DNA from: Candidatus Electrothrix yaqonensis
Lineage (GTDB): Bacteria; Desulfobacterota; Desulfobulbia; Desulfobulbales; Desulfobulbaceae
NCBI GenBank assembly: GCA_047651235.1
Contig: CP178758.1
Coordinates: 102,774 to 126,773, forward strand
Direction of reading: 5' to 3'
DNA: 24,000 nucleotides
In this document: positions 15,365-22,791 of the stretch, in pieces
How positions within the stretch are numbered: the first letter of the stretch is position 1
Layout of the letters: every line of letters begins with the position of its first letter
Position numbers and translations under genes: made by a program
Notes under the pieces: generated by a model
The model's database searches: none
What the model saw: only the letters and a program-made list of their open reading frames with translations
Told to the model about the DNA's origin: nothing

Positions 15365-16747
15365 TCAAACCGCACTGTTAATCGCACCCTTCAGCACCAT
15401 TTCCTTCCATAACGCTAAAAAATTTTTCGCTGATTCCCTGCTCAGGTGAGCTTCCGTGCAGGCAAGATGAAGAGTTGCCGTATTCTTGTAGGTTGAAATG
15501 GTATATATACATCCGCCAGGTAATATCGGGGCAAGCAGGGAAAGGCTTCCGGATTTTGTATGTCCGAAATCACCTGCCTTCTCATCTATAATGCCGATAT
15601 TGGTCATGGCGTGATTCTGCTGTACAAATGCAATCAGTTTTTTTTTGGCGCGTAAAGACAATCGGCGGACAAGAACATAAGGGATACATTTTATGAGCAG
15701 CATAACGAAAAAGGCATGTAAGCCGATTGTTTCTTTTACCTTGTCAACTTTTGCTTTTGTGCTGGCCAAGGCAATGGATGGTGTCTGTAAATTTTCATAG
15801 ATTTCTTCATGCGGTAAAACTATGCTGAAATTCCCGAAGGTTCCTTCCGGTTCTCCCCACCAGCGACGCAGGTTTGCTGTATAGAAGAATTTCAGCCAGT
15901 CACGCTCGTCGCCAAGTTTCTTGTTCCACGTCATTGCTGCTAGGGAAAATGATGTCATCAGAATGTCATTCACCGTCACATGCTTGCGTTCTGCAAATGC
16001 CTTTACCTCTGTCATCAATTCGTTTTCAATCGTAATACTTTCAAAGTAGGGTAGTTCATGGATGCCTTCTTGTGTGTCAACGACGGTGTCAGCAGCGTTA
16101 TCATTGATCAGCTGATAGCCTGTTCTCTTTTGGCGGATGGAGGTAATTGTTCCGTACACATCCACAAGGTATGCTTTGACGACCAGAAACAAATGAGCCA
16201 GGCTGAATTTTTTTCCTATTTGCCACCAGCTTCTGCATGGATCAGATATTTCTGCAGGTCGCCAGCCTTTCTCCCTGTATAATGCCCTATAAATTTCAGT
16301 AAACCGGATACATATTCGTTTCAGTCCTTCGCCGTCAACCACAAGATGATGCACTTGGATCACAAAGTAATGTTCTGTTGGCCCGTCAATTGAACTGACT
16401 CGAATCATAGAACATTCTCTTGCATTAATGGGGTTTGAAAAGGTTTTCTGCAGTTGTTTTCTGGCCTCCTCGTCGGTACTGGCGTGGATACTTACAATCA
16501 GATCATCGACATTCTTTTTTTCGATAAATTGCCAGGTTCCATAGAACCAGTTTGTGACAGGTCTGGTGCATAGAATCGGAACAGTTTGCATAAGGTATTT
16601 CAGAGCGTTGTTAATGAGATTATCTTTAAGCGGCTCGTCAAGTGAGGCAATCGCCCAAATGCAGAACAGATCCTGATCGTTGACTAAATTCCAGACAACC
16701 TGATCCATTCCGGTCATCCGTGTGGAGTTTTGCTTCCTCGGTACCAT
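15365..16747 (-). CDS. stand-alone condensation-domain / WS-DGAT / PapA5-superfamily acyltransferase (HHxxxDG)
   Basis: Catalytic HHLVVDG lies at 16331-16351, about 150 residues from the N-terminus. The ~460-aa size is typical of this superfamily. The track start is a TTG at 16795. I prefer the ATG at 16747, preceded by GAGG. GC is ~40%, against ~57% in the adjacent ABC genes. Confidence 0.65.
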   Translation of the reverse strand: MVPRKQNSTRMTGMDQVVWNLVNDQDLFCIWAIASLDEPLKDNLINNALKYLMQTVPILCTRPVTNWFYGTWQFIEKKNVDDLIVSIHASTDEEARKQLQKTFSNPINARECSMIRVSSIDGPTEHYFVIQVHHLVVDGEGLKRICIRFTEIYRALYREKGWRPAEISDPCRSWWQIGKKFSLAHLFLVVKAYLVDVYGTITSIRQKRTGYQLINDNAADTVVDTQEGIHELPYFESITIENELMTEVKAFAERKHVTVNDILMTSFSLAAMTWNKKLGDERDWLKFFYTANLRRWWGEPEGTFGNFSIVLPHEEIYENLQTPSIALASTKAKVDKVKETIGLHAFFVMLLIKCIPYVLVRRLSLRAKKKLIAFVQQNHAMTNIGIIDEKAGDFGHTKSGSLSLLAPILPGGCIYTISTYKNTATLHLACTEAHLSRESAKNFLALWKEMVLKGAINSAV

Positions 16748-16813
16748 GATTATACCTCGCTGTATTCGATTGCTCCCGCTGTGACGGATAGACAACCCTT
16801 GATCTCTCTTGGA

Positions 16814-17611
16814 TTATTCAATATTGCGCCTGAACTGCACCGTGGCAATGATGAGCATGAGGGCGGCAAAGAGCAGGGGCACAGCCAGTCCCTGCGCAGC
16901 ACTGCCCAGAACCCAGCCTTCAACGGTCAGGGTACGGATGGGGGAAACGGCATGGGAGAGCGGGTTCCAGTCTGCGATAATCTGCATCCAGTCCGGCATG
17001 GCAGCCTTGGGGAAGATGGCGTTGCTGGTGAACATCAGCGGCATGGTCAGGAAGTTGAGGATAGGGTGCAGGCCGTCAAAGGAGTTGAACCGCACGGCAA
17101 TGGAGAGCGACACCCCGGCCATGGCCGCGCCGAACAGTCCGGCAATCAGGGCGATGAGCAGAAAGCCGCTCACTCCGGCGGCAAACCTGACTCCGAGGGC
17201 CAGAGCGATCAGACCGATAAGACAGGCCTGGAACATGACTTGGAGACAGATTGCCGCCATCTTGCCTGCCGGAATCGCGGAACGGCTGAGCGGCGCAGCC
17301 AGCATCCGGTTGAGAAAGCCGATGCGCCGGTCCCAGACCAGAGAAAAGCCGGAAAAGCTGCCGCTGAACAGAGCGGTCATGATGATGATGCCCGGGGTCA
17401 TGAAGTCAAGGTAGCGGTCCACGCCGAGCATGGCCGCACCGTGGGGATTGCGGGTCATTCCGGACATCACGTTGCCCATGAACACCAGCCAGATCAGGGG
17501 CTGGACCAGGGCCATGGTGATCCTGGACTTCTGGGAAAAGAAGCGCAGCATGTCCCGGCGGCAGATAAAGTAGAGGTCGTGCAGCCAGGTTCTGACGGTG
17601 TCAGCGGTCAT
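16814..17611 (-). CDS. ABC-2 type transporter permease (DrrB-like)
   Basis: Six hydrophobic segments with a typical ABC-2 layout. The track ORF starts at 17722 and overlaps the ATPase gene by 95 nt. The ATG at 17611, preceded by GGGAGCAAGGAGA, leaves a 16-nt gap after the ATPase stop. Confidence 0.8.
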   Translation of the reverse strand: MTADTVRTWLHDLYFICRRDMLRFFSQKSRITMALVQPLIWLVFMGNVMSGMTRNPHGAAMLGVDRYLDFMTPGIIIMTALFSGSFSGFSLVWDRRIGFLNRMLAAPLSRSAIPAGKMAAICLQVMFQACLIGLIALALGVRFAAGVSGFLLIALIAGLFGAAMAGVSLSIAVRFNSFDGLHPILNFLTMPLMFTSNAIFPKAAMPDWMQIIADWNPLSHAVSPIRTLTVEGWVLGSAAQGLAVPLLFAALMLIIATVQFRRNIE

Positions 17612-17627
17612 TCTCCTTGCTCCCTGC

Positions 17628-18641
17628 TTATTTCCGCAGCATAGGATGCTGCCTTTCCGGTTTTTTCCCGTTCCCGCTGCTGTCCCGCAGATGCTTCCCG
17701 GTATGGGAAAGATAGACATCATCCAGGGAGGGCGTTTTCAGGGCAACCGACCTGACCGCAATGCCCAAACTCTGGACGCAGCCGAACATTTCCGGCACAG
17801 CATTCCCGCTGTTGCTGACCGCCGCCACGCAGGTGTCCTCACTGACGCTGACATGCCGGACAATGGGCAGGGCGGCAATACACTCCCTGAGCTGCGTCAT
17901 CTGCTCCGCCCCGATCCGGTCATACTGCATGGTCACAATCTCGCCGCCTAGCTCCTGCTTGAGTGCTTCCGGCGTATCCAGCGCTTTGATACGGCCGTTG
18001 TCGATAATCGCGATCCGGTCGCAGAGCGAGTCAGCCTCCTCCATGTAATGAGTGCTCAGAAACAGGGTCATCTGTTCGGTTTCCCGCAGCGTACGCACGT
18101 ACTGCCAGATCTGCTGTCTGGTCTGAATGTCCAGCCCCAGGGTCGGTTCATCCAGCAACAGAACCTGGGGCCGGTGGAGCAGAGCGCAGGCAATGTCCAG
18201 CCGTTTGCGCATGCCGCCGGAATAAGTCTCCACCGGATCATCGGCCCGTTCAGTCAGGCCGACCAGCTCCAGCAGCTCGGTCTTTCTGCGGCGGAATTCC
18301 TTTTTCGGGATGTGATAGAAGCCGGACTGCAGGTAGAGGTTCTCGGTGCCGCTGAGATAATCATCCGCAGACAGCTCCTGCGGGATATAACCGAGGCTCT
18401 GGCGCACCGCGTCCGGTTCCTGCCGCACCTCATGTCCCGCTACTGCGGCCCGGCCCGAGGTCGGCCGGAGCAGGGTGGTCAGCATCATGATGGTGGTGGA
18501 CTTGCCTGCTCCGTTCGGCCCCAGAAACCCGAAGATCTCGCCCCGGGCTACGGAAAAGGAGATCCCATCCACCGCCCTGATGCCGCCCCGGAAGACCTTG
18601 CTCAGGTTATCGACTTCTATAGCCGGATTGCTGCTGCTCAT
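17628..18641 (-). CDS. ABC transporter ATP-binding protein (DrrA/NatA-like, with C-terminal accessory domain)
   Basis: Shows Walker A GPNGAGKST, the signature YSGGMRKRL, Walker B LLLDEPTLGLD, an H-loop (STHYMEEA) and a C-terminal ...LDDVYLSHTG motif. Confidence 0.9.
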   Translation of the reverse strand: MSSSNPAIEVDNLSKVFRGGIRAVDGISFSVARGEIFGFLGPNGAGKSTTIMMLTTLLRPTSGRAAVAGHEVRQEPDAVRQSLGYIPQELSADDYLSGTENLYLQSGFYHIPKKEFRRRKTELLELVGLTERADDPVETYSGGMRKRLDIACALLHRPQVLLLDEPTLGLDIQTRQQIWQYVRTLRETEQMTLFLSTHYMEEADSLCDRIAIIDNGRIKALDTPEALKQELGGEIVTMQYDRIGAEQMTQLRECIAALPIVRHVSVSEDTCVAAVSNSGNAVPEMFGCVQSLGIAVRSVALKTPSLDDVYLSHTGKHLRDSSGNGKKPERQHPMLRK

Positions 18642-18831
18642 CTGTTCCCCTCTGCTCTGTGCGCCTGCCGTGCATTGTTGGGGGCGGGCCTCTGATTCTC
18701 CAGGTACAGTCGATTATAAACAAGGCGCTGCGGAATGTCTATCTTCCTGAGCTTTTCCGTGGTGGAGACTGTCCTGTTCGGGTATACTTGGGAGCATTAC
18801 TGATTAAATTCAAGCCAATGGAGGGAAGGGT

Positions 18832-19191
18832 ATGGACTTTGTCACTTCCGCGATTGCGTCTGCGGTAGGCAGCCTGGGGCTGGAGGGCGTAAAGCATGGA
18901 TACACCAGGTTAAAGGAGCTGTTACAGGGTAAGTTCGGCGAACAGAGCGCGCTGGCTGATGCAGTGGAGCAGTTGGAGAAGAACCCGGACTCTGCTGGGC
19001 GGAAGGCCGTGGTGGCAGAGGAGCTGGCAAAGGTCGGGGCGGATAAGGATGAGGAGGTGCTGGCTGCGGCCAGGCAGTTGCAGGACAAGCTCGACGGAGG
19101 GCAGCCGCAGGTGGATGCCCGAAAAGCCAAGATAGGGGTGATAGGGGATCATGCCAAGGTGAAAGGCGGCATTCATTTCGACGGGAAATAA
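18832..19191 (+). CDS. small helical effector candidate (Bell-like) with a C-terminal amyloid-signalling-type motif
   Basis: 119 aa, with RBS GGAGGGAAGGGT before the ATG. It has an N-terminal Gly/Ala-rich hydrophobic helix (MDFVTSAIASAVGSLGLEGV), then amphipathic helices, then the C-terminal IGVIGDHAKVKGGIHF (nt 19132-19179). That motif is repeated at the N-terminus of the next gene product. Confidence 0.65.
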   Translation: MDFVTSAIASAVGSLGLEGVKHGYTRLKELLQGKFGEQSALADAVEQLEKNPDSAGRKAVVAEELAKVGADKDEEVLAAARQLQDKLDGGQPQVDARKAKIGVIGDHAKVKGGIHFDGK

Positions 19192-19206
19192 CCGACAGAG
19201 GATAAT

Positions 19207-19234
19207 GTAGGGTCACGGCGCGCCGTGCCCCTAC
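19207..19234. repeat. 28-nt near-perfect GC-rich palindrome between the effector and NLR genes
   Basis: GTAGGG-T-CACGGCG|CGCCGTG-C-CCCTAC, with 13 of 14 positions pairing. It covers the alternative GTG start at 19225. Confidence 0.8.
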
Positions 19235-19251
19235 GGTATGGTGATTTACAA

Positions 19252-21192
19252 ATGAGCGATCAGATTGGAATCATTGGCGACAAGGCCAAGGTGGAAGGCG
19301 GTATTCATTTCCATAGTCACTCTGCCCCGGCCAAACTTCCCCATCTTCTTCCTCCGCAAGACACTGTTTTCCTGTACCGGGAGGACGAACTGGCTTGGCT
19401 GGATCAGCACCTGCACCCTGACAAGGTGGTTGCTGTGTGCGGACCCGGCGGCATGGGCAAGACCTCTCTGGCTGCCCGCGCCGTGCGTAGCCTGCCTCCT
19501 GACCGCTTCCCGGACGGCATTATCTTTCACACCTTTTACCATCAGGCCGAGACCACCAAGGCCCTCCAGACCATTGCCCATGCCCTGGGCCTCAAGGCTG
19601 AGGCCGATCTGGAGCAGCAGGTAGCTGCGGCCCTGGGCAGCAGGCAGGCCCTGCTGATTCTGGACGGGGCTGAGGAGGCGGAAGACCTCCAGGCGGTGCT
19701 GCCTCTGCGGGGGCGATGCGGGGTGTTGATCACCACCCGGAAGAAGAGCGATTGCGGGCCGCTGCGCCTGGACCTGCAAGCCCTGCCGGATGAGCAGTCT
19801 GAGGATGTGCTGCGGGCCTGGGGCGGGGAGGCCGGGGATCAGGACGCCATAGAGGAGATTGCCGAGCTGCTGGGTGGCTGGCCCGTGGCCCTGCGTCTGG
19901 CCGGGCATTATCTGCACAGCACCGGAGAGCCTGCAACAGACTACCTGCGCTGGTTGGAGGAGGAGCCGTTCAAGGAGCTGGGGGAGAGTGAGGAGCACCA
20001 GCGGGATAATGCGGCCCTACTGCTCAGGCGGAGCACGGCCCAGGTGGGAGAGGATGCCCGCCTTGTGCTGGGACTGGCAGGGTGTCTGGCCTTTGACCTG
20101 CTGTCTGCTGCGCCCATGACTGCCCTGCTGGAGGACGATACCCGCCGCTGCCGCAAGGCTGTGAACGAGCTGGTCAATTACGGCCTGCTGGAACGCCGGG
20201 GCGACCGCCTGCACATAGGTCATGCCTTGATCCATGAGTACGCAGCCCGGAACCTGCCCCTGAGCACAGAGGCTCTGGAGCGGGTGGCTGCTTATTATAT
20301 TGATTGGTGCAAGGAACAGAGTGCTGCCGGTGTGCCGGGTTATGCCCGTATGGATGATGAACGGGCGCATTGCCTGCGGTTGATAAAGAGCTGTTTGGAC
20401 AGGGAGCTGTGGGAGGCGGTGAAAGGGTTGGTCTGGGCAATCGACATCTACTTAGACCGACAGGGCTGGTGGACAGAGGAACTGGCTGCCTGGGAGATGG
20501 GGCTGACTGCGGCCCGGCAGGCTGGCGACCGCAAGGGTGAACGCTGGTGCCTGACCAACCTAGGGTACACCAGTCGACAACGCGGAGACGATGATAAGGG
20601 CTTGGACTACTATCAGCAGAGTCTGACTATAGCCCGTGAGCTGGGAGATAGAGAGGCTGAAGGAGAACTTTTGAACAACATGGGTGTAATCTTTCGGCAA
20701 CAGGGCAAGTATGAGCTGGCCTGGGAGCAGTATCATCAAAGCCTCAGTATCAAGCGGAAGATCGGTGACCGTGAGGGGGAAGGAGTGACCCTGAATAATA
20801 TCGGTGAGTTTTACCGAAACCAAGGCGAGTATGAACAAGCCCTGCAGTATTATAAGCAATGCTTACCTATCAGAAGGGAAACTGGAAGCAGTAGAGGAGA
20901 AAGTATAACTCTGACTAACATTGCCGCGATATACCGTGCACAAGGTAATCCTATCAAGGCATTGGAGTATCACGAACAAGCCTTGGCAATACGGCAGGAG
21001 CTTGGTGATAGGGCCAGAGAATCGCAGAGCCTCTATAACATCGGCCGCACCTATGAAGATATGGGCGACCTTACCCAAGCCGAGGAATACATTGCCCTGG
21101 CCGTGGAGATTGCAGAGGCTATGGGGCATCCTTCCTTAGAGAAATACCGCAACTACCTGGAGCAGCTGCGGGCCAAGCGGCAGGCAGGGTAG
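19252..21192 (+). CDS. STAND/NLR-type NTPase: N-terminal amyloid-type motif + NB-ARC domain + five 40-residue TPR repeats
   Basis: The N-terminus is MSDQIGIIGDKAKVEGGIHF (motif nt 19264-19311). It carries Walker A GPGGMGKTS (19441-19467), Walker B ALLILDGAEE, VLITTRKK and a GGWPVALRLAG (GxP/GLPL-type) motif. TPR units span 20536-21135 (e.g. GEGVTLNNIGEFYRNQGEYEQALQYYKQCLPIRRETG). The track start is the GTG at 19225, which sits inside the palindrome, so I prefer the ATG at 19252. Confidence 0.85.
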   Translation: MSDQIGIIGDKAKVEGGIHFHSHSAPAKLPHLLPPQDTVFLYREDELAWLDQHLHPDKVVAVCGPGGMGKTSLAARAVRSLPPDRFPDGIIFHTFYHQAETTKALQTIAHALGLKAEADLEQQVAAALGSRQALLILDGAEEAEDLQAVLPLRGRCGVLITTRKKSDCGPLRLDLQALPDEQSEDVLRAWGGEAGDQDAIEEIAELLGGWPVALRLAGHYLHSTGEPATDYLRWLEEEPFKELGESEEHQRDNAALLLRRSTAQVGEDARLVLGLAGCLAFDLLSAAPMTALLEDDTRRCRKAVNELVNYGLLERRGDRLHIGHALIHEYAARNLPLSTEALERVAAYYIDWCKEQSAAGVPGYARMDDERAHCLRLIKSCLDRELWEAVKGLVWAIDIYLDRQGWWTEELAAWEMGLTAARQAGDRKGERWCLTNLGYTSRQRGDDDKGLDYYQQSLTIARELGDREAEGELLNNMGVIFRQQGKYELAWEQYHQSLSIKRKIGDREGEGVTLNNIGEFYRNQGEYEQALQYYKQCLPIRRETGSSRGESITLTNIAAIYRAQGNPIKALEYHEQALAIRQELGDRARESQSLYNIGRTYEDMGDLTQAEEYIALAVEIAEAMGHPSLEKYRNYLEQLRAKRQAG

Positions 21193-22379
21193 GGGGGTAT
21201 GCAGCTCCTCATGGATGACCGCCTTATCGCGGGGCGCAGCTTAACCGGACTGCGCAATGTTATCAGGGCAATCTCACTGCGCTGCCAGAGGCGCATTCGC
21301 GGCCCCCAAGTTCCGGTGCCCCGGCAGACAAACAGGCTCATGCCCTTAACCAGATACTGACCGCTGAGAAAAGGATAGCGGCTGCGGACCAGATAACTGA
21401 ACGGCCAGATCTGGCCGTTATGCGTATGGCCGGAGAGCATGAGGCCGACGCCGTCAGCAGCGGCCTGTTCAACCAGCCAGGGCGTATGGGAAAGCAGAAT
21501 GGTCGCTCCGGCAGGCCGATCAGTCAGGGCGCGGGTGAGGTCGGCTTTTCCCTGTCCGCTCCGGCGGCGGGATGAGGTCAGATCATCAATCCCGGCCAGC
21601 ACCAGCCCGGGGGCAAGCTCTGTCCATTCATTACTCAGCAGGCGGATGCCGGAAGCAGCCAGGATGCTTCCGGCGCGATCAGGGCGGCCGGGCCGAAAGC
21701 GGTCATGATTGCCCCGCACCGCGAACACGCCCAGCGGAGCGGAGAGCTGCTGCAGGACCGGAGCCAGTGCCGCCGCATCGCTGCCCCGCTCAAACAGGTC
21801 GCCGACCAGAACGATGCAGTCCGGCTGCAGATTCTGTACCTGTCGGACGCGGGCCTTGAGCCAGTCCGCATTGATGAACATCTTACCGAGATGGAGGTCC
21901 GAAAGCACTACCACTGTGGTTCCGTCCAGATTCGCAGGCAGCCCGCTGACCGTGGTTGCATACTGCTCAACAACCGGTGGCTGCAGGCCCTGCACATGGG
22001 CGATCAGCACCAGGCCGATACCGCAGGCCAGGGTAGCTGAGCGGATGCGGAGCACAACCGCTTTAGGTAGAAGCAGCCCGAAACCTGTGAGCAGGTCGGC
22101 AGCGAATAAGGTCATTGCAAGCAGGAACAGGCTGCCCATCCACTGTATTCCCGCAACTCCCGCAACTCCCGCAACTTCGAGCAGCTCTGTCAACAGACTG
22201 CCCTTCTGTCTACGAAACATCCGGCCCAGCACAAAGACCAGCCAGAGCAGCACGCCGATCCCCCATAACATCCTGCGCCTGATCCGGCTGCGGCACAGGG
22301 GCAGAGAAGCCAGCCGGACAAAAACATACAGGTGCATCACGGTCGTCAGAAAAGTCAGGACTGTACCGAAAAATGACAT
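21153..22379 (-). CDS. membrane-anchored calcineurin-like metallophosphoesterase (YkuE-like)
   Basis: About 140 N-terminal residues form hydrophobic helices. They are followed by VVLSDLHLG, LVGDLFERG, RGNHD and SGHTHNGQ phosphoesterase motifs. Confidence 0.8.
   Translation of the reverse strand: MSFFGTVLTFLTTVMHLYVFVRLASLPLCRSRIRRRMLWGIGVLLWLVFVLGRMFRRQKGSLLTELLEVAGVAGVAGIQWMGSLFLLAMTLFAADLLTGFGLLLPKAVVLRIRSATLACGIGLVLIAHVQGLQPPVVEQYATTVSGLPANLDGTTVVVLSDLHLGKMFINADWLKARVRQVQNLQPDCIVLVGDLFERGSDAAALAPVLQQLSAPLGVFAVRGNHDRFRPGRPDRAGSILAASGIRLLSNEWTELAPGLVLAGIDDLTSSRRRSGQGKADLTRALTDRPAGATILLSHTPWLVEQAAADGVGLMLSGHTHNGQIWPFSYLVRSRYPFLSGQYLVKGMSLFVCRGTGTWGPRMRLWQRSEIALITLRSPVKLRPAIRRSSMRSCIPPYPACRLARSCSR
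22150..22176. repeat. 9-bp tandem repeat x3 (CCCGCAACT) inside the metallophosphoesterase gene
   Basis: Three perfect copies, encoding VAG-VAG-VAG in a predicted membrane/loop segment. Confidence 0.8.
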
Positions 22380-22791
22380 GGTAGCTCGTATTTGTTTTAA
22401 TTATTTCAGGCTGTGCAGTGCATTTTCGCTCTGCGGAAGGGAGGGTCAAACTGTCAGGCTCATGAAATTTCGTGCCACATCCCTGCGGAAAAAGCAACAG
22501 GAAACACCGTTGCAGGATAAACCGTTGCTGTTCTTTATGTTGAATTTTTTGTACCGACTGGCTCTGCGGAGCAGCGGGAGAACATTCCCTGATGGCGTCA
22601 AAAAAATATTTTTCAGGCAGCCTGCAAAAAAGTACGGCTTATCTTGGCTGCGGAACAGGATATTATATTTTATTGAAGAAAAATGAAGACATTCTTACAA
22701 ACATGAGTTTTTTTTCTGCTTGACAATTGCCCGATTATGCTCTTCATTGTGCAATGAACAAAAAGACAAACAGGTCTAACTGAAAAGGTTA

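Noticed and set aside
16730-17644. 304-aa and 201-aa plus-strand ORFs opposite the ABC-2 permease
   Set aside because: They are antisense shadows of a well-supported gene. The product is extremely G/H/E/D-rich with no domain-like pattern and no RBS.
19246-19998. 250-aa minus-strand ORF inside the NLR gene, with several shorter ones nearby
   Set aside because: These are shadow ORFs in ~70% GC coding sequence. The plus-strand frame carries unambiguous Walker A, Walker B and GLPL-type motifs.
16814-21192. The idea that the divergently transcribed ABC exporter and the effector/NLR pair form one functional system
   Set aside because: The only link is adjacency across a 190-bp divergent spacer. 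The two units differ in GC, and the NLR pair is self-contained by analogy with known two-gene amyloid-signalling modules. There is no sequence evidence for coupling.
21709-22686. 325-aa plus-strand ORF opposite the metallophosphoesterase and extending into the spacer
   Set aside because: It is antisense to a gene with four clear phosphoesterase motifs. Its composition is Ser/Arg/Thr-rich and it has no start context. Only its last 74 codons lie in non-coding DNA, as noted in the CTGCGGA finding.
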